A stretch of 64,000 bases of DNA from Patescibacteria group bacterium (GTDB taxonomy: Bacteria; Patescibacteriota; Patescibacteriia; JAXHNJ01): positions 515,153-579,152 of the forward strand of contig JBAZMP010000001.1 in assembly GCA_041649715.1 (NCBI GenBank). The letters run 5' to 3'. The first letter of the stretch is position 1. Every line of letters begins with the position of its first letter. The translations under genes and the position numbers were made by a program. Under the pieces are notes generated by a model that saw nothing but the letters and a program-made list of their open reading frames with translations, was not told the origin of the DNA and ran no database searches. Shown here piece after piece: positions 20,009 to 29,971 of the stretch.

Positions 20009-20751
20009 TTTATTTTTCTTTTATTTTTTAAAACCTCTGAGCTGAAATAGGCGGTCGCCTTGACAATGCGGGGAAAACGCCAGGGCTGACGATAAAGGCG
20101 GAAAAGCCACTCTAACCCGATTTTTCGCATGACAAGCGGGGCGCGTTTGACCTGGCCGGAAATATAATCAAAGGCCCCGCCCACGCCCATCCCTATCTTT
20201 ACCGTCTTCAATTTCGGCAAATAATGATAAAGCCATTTTTCCTGCTTAGGGGCCCCGTAAGCCACAAAAAGGATATCCGGCTTAACGCGATTTATTTTTT
20301 CAATGATAGTACTGTCCGACAAACGCCAACCCCAGCCCCGAAAACCATTGTCATATCCGGCGATTTTTAAAGAGGGATATTCTTTGATCAGCTTGATGGC
20401 GGTTTTTTCCGGCACCCTCCCCAGACCGCCGAGCAAATAAACGGAATAATTTTTTTGCGAGGCAAGCAAGCAAAGATCAAGCATTAAATCCACGCCGGTA
20501 ATCCTTTGCTTGATTTTATTTTTTAAATACAGGGAAGCCAGTATCAGGCCGAAGCCATCAGGTATAGCCAAATCGGATTTGTTCAGAATATTCCTTAGCT
20601 CTTGATTCTCTTGCGCTTGAAGCAAGATCTCGGGATTCGGCGTCGTGATCAAGTGGGGTCGGTCGCTCTTTAAAAAAAATCCCAGATCCTCCAGTATTTC
20701 CTTTTTTGGCTTGCTGTCAATGTCAACGCCTAATATATTTACTTTTGGCAT
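20005..20751 (-). CDS. WecB/TagA/CpsF glycosyltransferase
   Basis: TPNPE, PDG, GAPKQE, GVGGAFD, RAP..LEWLFRL. Confidence 0.92.
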   Translation of the reverse strand: MPKVNILGVDIDSKPKKEILEDLGFFLKSDRPHLITTPNPEILLQAQENQELRNILNKSDLAIPDGFGLILASLYLKNKIKQRITGVDLMLDLCLLASQKNYSVYLLGGLGRVPEKTAIKLIKEYPSLKIAGYDNGFRGWGWRLSDSTIIEKINRVKPDILFVAYGAPKQEKWLYHYLPKLKTVKIGMGVGGAFDYISGQVKRAPLVMRKIGLEWLFRLYRQPWRFPRIVKATAYFSSEVLKNKRKIK

Positions 20752-21293
20752 AAATTAAACGACTGGATGATTTTATAATTGGCGCCCTCCTTTGATAGAT
20801 CGCTTTTCATCAGTTCAAGGCTGGCCACTTTTTGCCGGCCGGAAATGCTCATACCCCTTAAAAATGAAAGGTCTCCGGCAAAACCTCTGGCGCGGGCGAG
20901 CGTTAAATGAGGTATGAATGCCCTAGTTTCCTCGTCCCCTATTTTTAATAAATTAAAAACTGAATTTATCTCTCCATACAATCTTGTTAAAGCGGGATTA
21001 TTTCTTATTCCAATGCCCAAGATTTTGCTCTGATAAAATGAGGGAAGGGCCACCAATCCGTCATATTCCAAGGCAAACGGCGTAATATTGGCCGCAATTT
21101 TACCCAGGCTACTCTCGGTTTCTTGTCTCTCCCGAAGGGAAATATCGCCCAAAAATCTTAAAGTAAGATGGATATTATCACTTTCAACAAACTTGAATCC
21201 GGGTAAATCTTTTTTAAGAGCGAGCGAAAAATCACCAATTTTTCTTTTTTCTTCAGGACTTAAATTTAGGGCCACAAAACATCGCATCAGCAT
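20739..21293 (-). CDS. thpR: RNA 2',3'-cyclic phosphodiesterase (2H family)
   Basis: MRCFVAL start; two HxT motifs (HLTLRFLG, PHLTLAR). Confidence 0.88.
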   Translation of the reverse strand: MLMRCFVALNLSPEEKRKIGDFSLALKKDLPGFKFVESDNIHLTLRFLGDISLRERQETESSLGKIAANITPFALEYDGLVALPSFYQSKILGIGIRNNPALTRLYGEINSVFNLLKIGDEETRAFIPHLTLARARGFAGDLSFLRGMSISGRQKVASLELMKSDLSKEGANYKIIQSFNLCQK

Positions 21294-21360
21294 AATTGAA
21301 TTATAACAAATTTTTGCCTTTTTGTAAATCTGCTTTAAAATGCTATAATATAATCCAGGC

Positions 21361-22377
21361 ATGAAAGAGGCATATCTATATCAAAAACTAAAGAATAAGA
21401 CGATAAAATGTCGGCTTTGTCAGCATGGCTGCCTGATTACGCTTGGACAACGCGGTCTTTGCGGTGTGAGAGAGAACAAAAGCGGCGTCCTTTATTCTTT
21501 GGTTTATGCTCAGGCGATCAGTGAAGCGGTAGACCCAATTGAAAAAAAACCATTTTTTCATTTCTTGCCTGGAAGTATGGCCTTGTCCGTCGCCACTTTA
21601 GGCTGTAATTTACGCTGTGATAATTGCCAAAACTGGCCGATTTCCCAAGGAGTTAAAACAGCCGGGAAAATCGTCGGCCAAGACTTACCGCCGGAAAAGA
21701 TCATTGAGGATGCCTTAAAAAACAAGTGCGCTTCTATCGCTTATACTTACACGGAACCGACCATATTTTTTGAATACGCCCTCGACACGATGAAATTAGC
21801 CAAGAAGAAAGGATTAAAAAATTTATTTGTCTCCAACGGCTACATGTCTGATGACTGCCTTAAAATGGCCGATGGATATCTTGATGCTATAAACGTTGAT
21901 TTAAAATTTTTCGATGATCAAGCATACGTCAAAAACTGCGGCGCTCACCTCCCCCCCATCTTGCATAATTTGACCACCCTAAAAAAAATGGGCGTCTGGC
22001 TGGAAATCACCACTCTTGTAATTCCCACTCTTTCTGATTCGACGGCCATGTTTGAACAGATGTCAGAATTCATCCGCCACGAATTAGGACCGGAAGTTCC
22101 CTGGCATCTCTCCCGTTTTTCTGGCTCAATATCTTATAAGCTTGGAAACATTCCCGACACGCCGGTGGACACCTTAGTCAGGGCCAGAAAGATTGGTCTT
22201 AAAAACGGGCTTCGATACGTCTATATCGGTAATGTCGTTGGAGAAGGAGAAAACACCCAATGTCCTAAATGCCGAGCCTTAGTCATTAAGCGTTTCGGCT
22301 ATGACATAGAAAGAAAAGATAAACAAGGTCGCTGCCCGGAATGCGGCCGAAAATTAGAAGGGAAAATAATAAAATGA
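21361..22377 (+). CDS. amrS: AmmeMemoRadiSam radical SAM enzyme
   Basis: DPIEKKP, CNLRCDNCQNW, YTYTEP. Confidence 0.92.
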   Translation: MKEAYLYQKLKNKTIKCRLCQHGCLITLGQRGLCGVRENKSGVLYSLVYAQAISEAVDPIEKKPFFHFLPGSMALSVATLGCNLRCDNCQNWPISQGVKTAGKIVGQDLPPEKIIEDALKNKCASIAYTYTEPTIFFEYALDTMKLAKKKGLKNLFVSNGYMSDDCLKMADGYLDAINVDLKFFDDQAYVKNCGAHLPPILHNLTTLKKMGVWLEITTLVIPTLSDSTAMFEQMSEFIRHELGPEVPWHLSRFSGSISYKLGNIPDTPVDTLVRARKIGLKNGLRYVYIGNVVGEGENTQCPKCRALVIKRFGYDIERKDKQGRCPECGRKLEGKIIK

Positions 22378-23747
22378 AAAAAATATCTCTAATTATCTGT
22401 CTTTTTGCTCTTTTTCTTCCCCAAAGCCTCATGGCCCTGAGTTTTGATAAAAATAATATTATCTCCGATTCAGATCTGACTGATGGATCAGCGATGTCTT
22501 TAAATAGGATCCAAGATTTTCTCAACCGTCAAACCGGTACCTTGAAACAATACCGCTCAAGCGTCGACGGAGTGGCTAAAAACGCCAGTCAGATAATCTA
22601 TGACTTTTCCGTAAGCTATGATATCAACCCAAAATTCATCCTGGCCACGCTCCAAAAAGAACAAAGCCTGGTGACGGATTCAACGCCATCCACCGATCAG
22701 TATGATTGGGCTATGGGCTACGGCGTCTGCGACAGCTGCTCGAAAAGCGACCCCGCCCTCCAAGTATACAGGGGTTTTTCCAATCAATTGTCCTACGCCG
22801 TTCAGCGTCTAAGGGGAGATTATTATTTAGGCGGTTTGGAAAAATACGGACACACGATTTCCGGCTGGGGTCCGGGGATCACGAAAATGGTTGACGGTCA
22901 GTCAGTAACCCCCGTAAATAACGCCACGGCCGTCCTCTATACCTATACTCCGCATATTTCCGGAAATTTATCCTTTTGGAATATCTGGACGCGCTGGTTC
23001 GTTAAAAGATACCCCAACGGCTCTCTTCTGCGGGTCAGGGGTGAGTCTGGTATTTGGCTAATACGAAACAACAAAAGATATAATTTTGTTTCCCGATCCG
23101 CTTTTTTATCGAGTTACAGTTTTGATAAAGTAATCGACGTTTCCATAAATGATATAATGGCCTATGATTACGGCGCGCCGATCAAATTCGCCGATTTCAG
23201 CCTTTTGCAGGCCCCTTCCGGCGGAGTTTACCTCCTTGTTAACGGAGAAAAGAGACCGATAACTTCGCGCGAAGCTTTCCGCAATTTAGGCTACAGCCCG
23301 GAAGAAACCGTTATGGTTACCTGGGAAGACTTGGCCGCCTATCCAGCCGGTGAGAAAATAACGCTTGATACGACAAATCCATCCGGCGTTCTTTTACAGG
23401 TCAAAGAAACCGGCGGTATCTATTATATTGAAAAAGGGGTCAAGCGGGCCATTTTTTCTCGGGAAATATTAAACTCGCAGTTCGCCAAGCGCCGATGGAC
23501 AACCGTCCCCGGAGCCGAATTGGATAAATACCCGACTGGCGAGCCGGTTAAATTCCGCGACGGCGAATTGGTAACCTCACCATCGGCCAATGGCGTATAT
23601 CTGATCGCCGACGGCCAAAAACACGGGATCAGATCGCCAGAAATTTTCAATCAGATGGGTTTTAAATGGACTAATATCATAAGAACCACGGACCGGGCCT
23701 TGGAAATTCATCCTTTGGGCGATCCCATTGATTATTTAACTCAATAA
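22374..23747 (+). CDS. Secreted protein with lysozyme-like N-domain and CPR-type C-terminal repeats
   Basis: Signal peptide; INPKFILATLQKEQSL, LYTYTPH; four repeats of the G.L...GVYLI..G.K type. Confidence 0.6.
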   Translation: MKKISLIICLFALFLPQSLMALSFDKNNIISDSDLTDGSAMSLNRIQDFLNRQTGTLKQYRSSVDGVAKNASQIIYDFSVSYDINPKFILATLQKEQSLVTDSTPSTDQYDWAMGYGVCDSCSKSDPALQVYRGFSNQLSYAVQRLRGDYYLGGLEKYGHTISGWGPGITKMVDGQSVTPVNNATAVLYTYTPHISGNLSFWNIWTRWFVKRYPNGSLLRVRGESGIWLIRNNKRYNFVSRSAFLSSYSFDKVIDVSINDIMAYDYGAPIKFADFSLLQAPSGGVYLLVNGEKRPITSREAFRNLGYSPEETVMVTWEDLAAYPAGEKITLDTTNPSGVLLQVKETGGIYYIEKGVKRAIFSREILNSQFAKRRWTTVPGAELDKYPTGEPVKFRDGELVTSPSANGVYLIADGQKHGIRSPEIFNQMGFKWTNIIRTTDRALEIHPLGDPIDYLTQ

Positions 23748-23752
23748 ATATT

Positions 23753-24544
23753 GTGCTTACTTTTGCTTCTATTTGCCCCCATCCGCCCCTCTTAATACCT
23801 AATATAGGGCAGGAAAATATAAAACAAGTGGTTAAGACCCAAAAATCCCTGGAAAAACTGGAGGAAATTTTTTACGCCTCAAAACCTGATGCCGTCGTTA
23901 TTATTTCCCCCCACGCCCCTCTTATACCCGAGTCATTTGGCATAAACATTGCGGAAAAATTTACCGGTGATTTTCAGGAATTCGGGGATTTCAGCCTGAA
24001 GCTAAAATATAAATCGGATCAGGCCTTTGCCCATCGTTTACGAGAACGCGTGGAAAAAAATCAGTTTCCCTCGGTTTTGATCAATCAAGAAAACCTTGAT
24101 CATGGTAATTTGGTCCCCCTTTATTACCTGACTAGGCATTTACCAAACCTGCCTTTAATTCCCCTGAGCTTTTCTCTTCTTGATCTAAAAACCCACTATG
24201 ACTATGGCCGGATTATTTCCGAGGAAATACATGCCACCAACCGGAGAATCGCGGTTATCGCTTCCGGCGATCTTTCCCATCGGTTGATTCCGTCGGCCCC
24301 GGCCGGCTATTCCCAAAAAGGGAAAGTTTTCGATAAAAAACTCATCGAACTCATCCAAAAAAGGGAGGCCGAGGAAATAATACGCCTCGATCCCCTTTTA
24401 ATCGAAGAAGCCGGAGAATGCGGCCTACGTTCAATTTTAATTCTCCTGGGCTGTCTAAATCAGAAAGAATATACTCCGGAAATCCTTTCCTATGAAGGAC
24501 CTTTTGGCGTCGGTTATTTAGTGGCCAATTTCCGTCTAGGTTGA
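23753..24544 (+). CDS. amrB: AmmeMemoRadiSam protein B (MEMO/LigB-like)
   Basis: PHPPL, SPH, LDHG, ASGDLSH, AGECG, YEGPFGVGY. Confidence 0.85.
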   Translation: MLTFASICPHPPLLIPNIGQENIKQVVKTQKSLEKLEEIFYASKPDAVVIISPHAPLIPESFGINIAEKFTGDFQEFGDFSLKLKYKSDQAFAHRLRERVEKNQFPSVLINQENLDHGNLVPLYYLTRHLPNLPLIPLSFSLLDLKTHYDYGRIISEEIHATNRRIAVIASGDLSHRLIPSAPAGYSQKGKVFDKKLIELIQKREAEEIIRLDPLLIEEAGECGLRSILILLGCLNQKEYTPEILSYEGPFGVGYLVANFRLG

Positions 24545-24596
24545 ATATGCTATTTGGCCGAAAATATTATTTAATTTTTGGGTATCATTAACCAAA

Positions 24597-25115
24597 ATGG
24601 ATGAATATGTCAAATTAGCCAGGAACTCGCTGGAAACCTATATAAGGACCGGCCAGATAATAAGTCTCCCGGCGGATATTCCGTCAGAAATGAAGGAAAA
24701 AAAAGCCGGCGTTTTTGTTTCTTTACACAAAAAATCCAGCCGTGAATTGCGCGGTTGTATCGGCACCTTTTTGCCGACTAAAAAAAACGTGGCTCATGAG
24801 ATTATCAGTAACGCGGTCAGCGCGGCGGTTGACGACCCCCGCTTTAATCCCCTTACTCCGAAGGAACTGACCGATTTAGAAATAAATGTTGATGTTTTGA
24901 GCGAGCCGGAGAAAATCGAAAGCCAAAAAGAACTAAACCCAAAAATATACGGAGTAATCGTAAAATCAGCCGATGGACGCGCCGGCTTGCTTCTGCCGGA
25001 TATCGAAGGTGTGCGCACCGTCAACGACCAAATATCGATCGCCTGCCAAAAAGCGGGTATCTCTAGCCAGGAGAAAATTTCACTTTACCGGTTCACCGTT
25101 AGCAGGCACAAATGA
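24597..25115 (+). CDS. amrA: AmmeMemoRadiSam protein A (AMMECR1)
   Basis: LRGCIGT, DPRF, LLLPD. Confidence 0.92.
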   Translation: MDEYVKLARNSLETYIRTGQIISLPADIPSEMKEKKAGVFVSLHKKSSRELRGCIGTFLPTKKNVAHEIISNAVSAAVDDPRFNPLTPKELTDLEINVDVLSEPEKIESQKELNPKIYGVIVKSADGRAGLLLPDIEGVRTVNDQISIACQKAGISSQEKISLYRFTVSRHK

Positions 25116-27010
25116 ACATGTTCGCCGAAATATTACCATTACGAAAAATGCCTAAAAATCTGGATTATTTTGATTACCGGGTGCCTTTTGATTTATCAGG
25201 TAAAATAAAGCTTGGCCAGGAAGTGATAATCCCCTTTAGAAATCTAAACATACGCGGAATCGTCTATAAATTCAAAGATGCGACAAATTATAAAAATATC
25301 CGTGAAATCAAAGAGATTGTCCAGAGCGAACCGGTCTTGACGGCCGGTCAGATCAAACTGGCGACCTTTGTCTCTGATTACTATCTTACTTCCCTGCCCA
25401 CTGTTTTAAAACAGATCGCCCCGCCCTTTTTATCAAAACCGCGCCCGGTGAAAAGTGCGTCTGTCAAATCGATTTCCGCCCCCGTCTGTCCGGCTGAAAT
25501 TGCCTCTTTAGCCCAAAAAGTTACGGCTAGCCGGCAAAAAAAGTATCTTTTCTTTTATCGACATCCTGAAAACAATATTTCTTTCTTTCTCAATCTTATT
25601 GAAAATTTTATAAAGAAACAAAGCCAGATTTTGATCGTTTTTCCGGAAATAATTGACATCGAGAATTTTAAGCGCCGCGTGCCGGAAAAATATCAGGCAA
25701 AAACTATCGTTATTCACCGCCGGCTTTCGTCCTCTGCATATCTTAAAAATTACTGGCTGATCAAAAACAAGGCTGTAAACCTCATATTGGGCACGCCAAT
25801 CAGCGTTTTTCTTCCCTTCAAAAAACTTGGATTGATTATTATTGATCAGTCAGAAAATCAGAATCACAAACAGTACGATCAAAATCCGCGTTTTAACGCC
25901 AAAAAAATCGCGGAAAAGATGGCCGAAACGACCCCGGCAAAAGTGGTATTTTCAAGCGTTTCTCCCGACATCGAGACATTTAATAAGACGGTAAAAAATG
26001 AATTCAAGCGATTAAACGCCCCGCCCTGCCCCGGCCGTGTAAAATTAGTGGATTTGAGAAAAAGTCGTTCTGATCAGGCGATCTCCCCGGTTTTACTAGA
26101 TGAAATTAAAAAAACTTTGTCCGCCAAGGGAAAACTCCTGCTGTTTTTAAATCGCCGCGGTTTTAGCCGCTCCTTGGTCTGTCTTGATTGCGGTCAAACG
26201 TTGAAATGCCCGTTTTGTGATCTGCCCTTCATCCTCCACCAGGAGGGAAACGGCTATTATTTGCTTTGCCATCGTTGTGGCCGAAAGGAAAAGAGCCTTT
26301 CTGTTTGTCCGGTCTGCCGGGGAACACGCCTTAAAAACATCGGAATCGGCACGGAAAAAGTCGAAAGCGAATTAAGAGTTCTTTTTCCCGGGGCAAAAAT
26401 AGGCCGTTTTGAGGAAAAGCTGCCGAAAAACTTATCCCTTACCCGTCTTGATATAATAATTACGACTCAATTGGTCTTTAAACGCCTTGATTGGCAAAAA
26501 ATAAGCCTTATCGGAGTTGTTTCGGCGGATACCATCTTAAATCTACCAGATTATCGCGCCCAGGAAAAAACCTTCCAGCAACTTACCCGTTTATTATCAT
26601 ATTCGCTGATTAATAAAAACTGCCGTTTGGTCATACAGACATATCATCCGGATAATCCGGCCATAAAATATTTTCCCGACCAATTTGAAATATTTTTCCG
26701 CCAGGATTTAAAAATGAGAAAAGATTATTTTTATCCCCCTTTTTCAAAAATTGCGAAATTAACTTGTCAGCATAAAGACAGCCGGCAAGCTTTGGCCCAA
26801 GCGAGAATAGTTTACGAAAATCTAATTAAACTGACCGATTTTTCCATCTCCCCGCCTTTGCCCGCTTTTATTTTCAGGCAATATGGAAATTTCCGTTATC
26901 AGTTGATTATTAAAATTCCGCTCGCCACGCCGCTAAAATCACTAAAAGATATGCTTAAGATTGTGCCGGATAATTGGCTGATAGATGTTGATCCGGAAAA
27001 TCTGCTCTAA
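25112..27010 (+). CDS. priA: Primosomal protein N' with degenerate helicase motifs
   Basis: FDY N-terminus, LNRRG, four CxxC, GTEK, YPPF; no Walker A visible. Confidence 0.85.
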   Translation: MNMFAEILPLRKMPKNLDYFDYRVPFDLSGKIKLGQEVIIPFRNLNIRGIVYKFKDATNYKNIREIKEIVQSEPVLTAGQIKLATFVSDYYLTSLPTVLKQIAPPFLSKPRPVKSASVKSISAPVCPAEIASLAQKVTASRQKKYLFFYRHPENNISFFLNLIENFIKKQSQILIVFPEIIDIENFKRRVPEKYQAKTIVIHRRLSSSAYLKNYWLIKNKAVNLILGTPISVFLPFKKLGLIIIDQSENQNHKQYDQNPRFNAKKIAEKMAETTPAKVVFSSVSPDIETFNKTVKNEFKRLNAPPCPGRVKLVDLRKSRSDQAISPVLLDEIKKTLSAKGKLLLFLNRRGFSRSLVCLDCGQTLKCPFCDLPFILHQEGNGYYLLCHRCGRKEKSLSVCPVCRGTRLKNIGIGTEKVESELRVLFPGAKIGRFEEKLPKNLSLTRLDIIITTQLVFKRLDWQKISLIGVVSADTILNLPDYRAQEKTFQQLTRLLSYSLINKNCRLVIQTYHPDNPAIKYFPDQFEIFFRQDLKMRKDYFYPPFSKIAKLTCQHKDSRQALAQARIVYENLIKLTDFSISPPLPAFIFRQYGNFRYQLIIKIPLATPLKSLKDMLKIVPDNWLIDVDPENLL

Positions 27011-27067
27011 TCGCCTTGAAATATCCTGATATTTTGTTATACTATAAGCGATTTTAAAGACAGATTT

Positions 27068-27544
27068 ATGGCCAAACTAAACATTCAAAAAGAGGGCTCC
27101 CCGATTTTAAGAAAAAAAGCGGAGTCCGTTAAAATTATAGACGCAGGCGTTTTAAAGTTATCGGCGGACATGCTGGAGACGCTGGATAAAGAAAACGGTC
27201 TTGGCTTGGCTGCCCCACAGATCGGCAAATCTCTCCGGGTAATCTGTGTTAAAAGTAAGGAGGGAGGTCTTATCTTCGTCAATCCCGAAATTACAAAAAA
27301 ATCGTTCAGAAAAAACACCGCCGAAGAAGGCTGTCTGAGCATTCCGGGGATTTTTGGCTACGTAAAAAGGCATAATTCTATCGTCCTGGAAGCGGACAGC
27401 CTGGAAAGGACAAGAATAAAATTAAAAGCCAAGGGTCTGATGGCCCGCGTCATCCAACACGAGTTAGATCACCTTTCAGGCATACTCTTCACCGACAAAG
27501 TGGAAAAAAAACATAAAGGCAATAAAGATGAAAGAAAAATCTAG
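27068..27544 (+). CDS. def: Peptide deformylase
   Basis: GLGLAAPQ, EGCLS, QHELDH. Confidence 0.96.
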   Translation: MAKLNIQKEGSPILRKKAESVKIIDAGVLKLSADMLETLDKENGLGLAAPQIGKSLRVICVKSKEGGLIFVNPEITKKSFRKNTAEEGCLSIPGIFGYVKRHNSIVLEADSLERTRIKLKAKGLMARVIQHELDHLSGILFTDKVEKKHKGNKDERKI

Positions 27545-28466
27545 GATAGTTTTTTTCGGTACGCCCCCTTTTGCCGGAAAAGTTTTACAGGCATTAATTG
27601 AGGAAAATTTCAATGTCGTCGCCTGTGTCACCAAGCCCGATTCAAAAGCGGGACGTAAACTTAAATTAAGCGTGTCCGCGGTCAAAAAAATCGCCACGGA
27701 AAATAACATCCCCGTCCTGCAGCCGGAGAAAATGAAAGACGAGGGATTTTCTCGTCAATTAGCCTCGCTTAAACCGGAAATCATTATCGTGGTGGCTTAC
27801 GGAAAAATATTGCCTGCCTCAATTCTAAACTTACCGCCCTTCGGTTCTCTTAATATCCATGCTTCGCTTTTGCCAAGGTACCGCGGAGCCTCCCCTATCC
27901 AGGCCGCTTTATTAAACGGTGATCAGGAAACCGGCGTCACGATAATGAAAATGGATGAACAGATGGATACCGGCCCGATTTTGGCACAGGAAAAAGTCGG
28001 CCTTTCACCAGGGACCGGTCTGGAAACTTTACATGACGCGCTGGCTTTCGTCGGGGCTAAATTATTGATAAAAACCCTGCCTCTTTATTTAGCCGGTAAA
28101 ATAATTCCCGAACCTCAAGATAACGACCGGGCAAGTTATGTCAAAATAATCAAAAAAGAAGACGGTCATCTTGATTTTAGCTTGCCGGCGGAAATCTTGG
28201 CAAGAAAAATACTCGCCCTAAATCCTTGGCCGGGCACCTATGTTATTTGGCGAGATAAAAGCCTAAAAATTTTAGAAGCGGAAATAAATGAAAAGAACAA
28301 CGGGCGCAAGCCAGGCCAGGTAACCGTCGATAAAGGAGGTCTATACGTGGCCGCCCAAGACCGGATTATGGCCATCAAAAAACTTCAGCTTTCCGGCCGG
28401 CAGCAAACCGGCGCCCGCGATTTTATCCTCGGCCATCCGGAGATTAAAGACGCGGTTTTTGCCTAA
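27528..28466 (+). CDS. fmt: Methionyl-tRNA formyltransferase
   Basis: FFGTP, NIHASLLPRYRGASPIQ. Confidence 0.96.
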   Translation: MKEKSRIVFFGTPPFAGKVLQALIEENFNVVACVTKPDSKAGRKLKLSVSAVKKIATENNIPVLQPEKMKDEGFSRQLASLKPEIIIVVAYGKILPASILNLPPFGSLNIHASLLPRYRGASPIQAALLNGDQETGVTIMKMDEQMDTGPILAQEKVGLSPGTGLETLHDALAFVGAKLLIKTLPLYLAGKIIPEPQDNDRASYVKIIKKEDGHLDFSLPAEILARKILALNPWPGTYVIWRDKSLKILEAEINEKNNGRKPGQVTVDKGGLYVAAQDRIMAIKKLQLSGRQQTGARDFILGHPEIKDAVFA

Positions 28467-29971
28467 GTTTTTCTTACCTTTTTTGTCGTCTGAAAACCGA
28501 GGTATTTGCCCAACATCAGCCTGGTTTGAGCGTCAATGGCAGGAAATGAACCAAAAACGATCATGCTGATCGGAAATAATATCCATTGCAGAGCCATCAA
28601 CGGATATTTTAAATATGTGTGTTTTTTCGGCCGCGGTGGCAGAATAATTAAGCTTAAGATGGCGGAAATAAATAAACCGATCATGGCCGCTCCCATCAGC
28701 CAGTTCAAAATATTGGGGGTATTGGAAACAACCGGATTGTAAATTTCCGGCCGCTCGAAATGTCTGATCACCCAGACCGGCAACCTGCCCAAGACAAAAA
28801 TAAGAATTGGGGCGGTCGCCCAAGAATATACCCCCTCCAGCTGATTCCAGATATAACGGAGTTTGGGCCAAACTCGAATTTTGCTATTGGGAAAAAAATT
28901 CCAAAACATGAAAGGGAAATTTTCCACGCCGTAGGCCCAGCGTCTCTGCTGTTTATAGAGATTCTTTAAACTTTCCCAATTATTTTTCCCCAATACCGTA
29001 TCCATGGAAATCGGAATATACATGGGCGTCACCTGATAATCACCGTCATACTGAATGAAACCCTGAATAAATATCCGCGAATCTTCGGTCACAATATCAG
29101 ACTGCCAAAAGTCAACGTCGATCAAGGCCTTGAAACTCATGGAATGCGAGGAAAAGGTGAAGAGACGGTCCGGGCGTAAAGTCTCGCTCATAAGCCAAAA
29201 AGTGGTGCTGTTAGAGGCCACCCGCATCAAGGCGGGCGAATCCCAGATATTGTTATTGAACAACGGAATAGGCTGAAAACTGGTATGCGTCGGGTTGGCC
29301 ACGGTCAGATATTTGTAGGTCAAGTAGGAAAAATACTCCGGGTGAACGCAGGAATCAACATCAAAGGACGAAACGGCGATATTTTCATAAGGAATCCTTG
29401 CGGCATCGATCCATTTTTTTATCTGCCTTCCGGCGTAAGCGATATTGGAACCCTTGCCCGCGACTTCGCCCGGCGTATCTTTTGGGTGAAGAGCCCAGAA
29501 GAATTTAAAGAACTTTCCCGAGAATTCGCCTTCAATTAACCGAGCCTTGGCCTGGGCTTCTGCGCCCTCTCTTTCTTCGAGCGCCAAAACGACAATCAAT
29601 TTATCCAAAGGATAGGAGATTTTTGTGAGGTATAAAAGAGAGGTGCGGATGATTTCAATCTCATCCTTGTAGGAAGCAATGACCACTAAATGGTATATCC
29701 CCGTCCACTTTGGTATTTTTTGGCAGGCCGCCAGCCAATTTACCCTGATGTCGCGACGGTAACGGACATAAGCGATTATTAAATATACGAATACGTAGAC
29801 GACCCTGATCAGCCAATAGAAATCAAAAACTATGATAAAATATATAACCCACAAAGGAACAACAAAAGAAAGGACCAGGGCTAAAAAAAAGGTCAGCCAA
29901 ATGGATAATCCGGGTATTATTTCCAAAATCCGGTATTTTGTGTGCGGGGATATATTAGACCAAATAATCAT
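28463..29971 (-). CDS. Membrane GT2-family glycosyltransferase
   Basis: DVD, TED and QQRRW processive GT2 motifs. Confidence 0.85.
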   Translation of the reverse strand: MIIWSNISPHTKYRILEIIPGLSIWLTFFLALVLSFVVPLWVIYFIIVFDFYWLIRVVYVFVYLIIAYVRYRRDIRVNWLAACQKIPKWTGIYHLVVIASYKDEIEIIRTSLLYLTKISYPLDKLIVVLALEEREGAEAQAKARLIEGEFSGKFFKFFWALHPKDTPGEVAGKGSNIAYAGRQIKKWIDAARIPYENIAVSSFDVDSCVHPEYFSYLTYKYLTVANPTHTSFQPIPLFNNNIWDSPALMRVASNSTTFWLMSETLRPDRLFTFSSHSMSFKALIDVDFWQSDIVTEDSRIFIQGFIQYDGDYQVTPMYIPISMDTVLGKNNWESLKNLYKQQRRWAYGVENFPFMFWNFFPNSKIRVWPKLRYIWNQLEGVYSWATAPILIFVLGRLPVWVIRHFERPEIYNPVVSNTPNILNWLMGAAMIGLFISAILSLIILPPRPKKHTYLKYPLMALQWILFPISMIVFGSFPAIDAQTRLMLGKYLGFQTTKKVRKT

